DNA of 64,000 nt from Torpedo marmorata (lineage: Eukaryota). The DNA lies in NCBI GenBank assembly GCA_977017645.1, contig OZ360222.1, forward strand, positions 129,766,001-129,830,000. Reading direction: 5' to 3'. Under the pieces are notes generated by a model, which did no database searches, had not been told where the DNA came from, and saw only the letters and a list, made by a program, of their open reading frames with translations. Made by a program: the position numbers and the translations under genes. Positions 63,676 through 64,000 of this stretch are shown here, piece by piece (within the stretch, counting starts at the first letter, position 1; every line of letters begins with the position of its first letter).

Positions 63676-64000
63676 ATTGAACTGGGTTTGGCCACTTGTT
63701 TTTATTCTGAATGTACATTGATGCACAACACTGTAACTAATTGAGGTGTCCCTGGTGCAAGTTCAATTTATTTTTGAACTTTTGAACTTCATATGACCTT
63801 AAAGGTTAAATTCAATGTGGTCATGACATTCAGCATCAAATGTCACCACAATTATAGTAAACAGTAATGCAAGTCAGTGCATAGTAAATACTTGTATAAT
63901 AAACAGTAATGCAAGTCAGTGGAAGCTGGTCAAAAAACACTTTTGAACTTCATAAAAATTGCTATATCGATTCCCTGAGGCTGTACAGACATTTTCACCA
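63178..64000 (-). mobile_element. Internally deleted Helitron (5' end probably beyond the window)
   Basis: Minus-strand 3' end: hairpin CCCGG-gcaacg-CCGGG, then tatcctg-CTCG|T (variant of CTAG|T); directly upstream lies a RepHel-like N-terminal ORF. Confidence 0.8.

Overview
Eukaryotic (vertebrate) genomic DNA, most likely from a cartilaginous fish. This is inferred from the repeat complement: HE1/V-SINE-like and SacSINE1/Deu-like SINEs, CR1, Rex1/Babar, L1 and Penelope tails. The only host protein-coding gene is an intact single-coding-exon FLRT3 (+ strand, 54895/54925-56880), with candidate 5' non-coding exons upstream and a 3' UTR containing a Tigger MITE. The first ~39 kb is a dense, nested transposon landscape, while ~39.3-58 kb is comparatively poor in young elements. 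The most notable elements are: (1) a 2,042-bp pogo/Passer-type (DD35D) transposon whose 445-codon transposase has only one premature stop and whose ends carry arrays of the TIR motif; (2) a repeated ~800-bp non-coding, YY1-motif-headed retroposon family ('element X', 5 copies); (3) an internally deleted Helitron retaining an open ORF of four 23-aa STPR-like repeats; (4) Penelope tails with decayed minimal hammerhead-like cores; (5) hAT MITEs, one built from inverted SINE tails. No prokaryotic-type systems (CRISPR, operons) are present. Family names come from motif recognition only; no database search was run.
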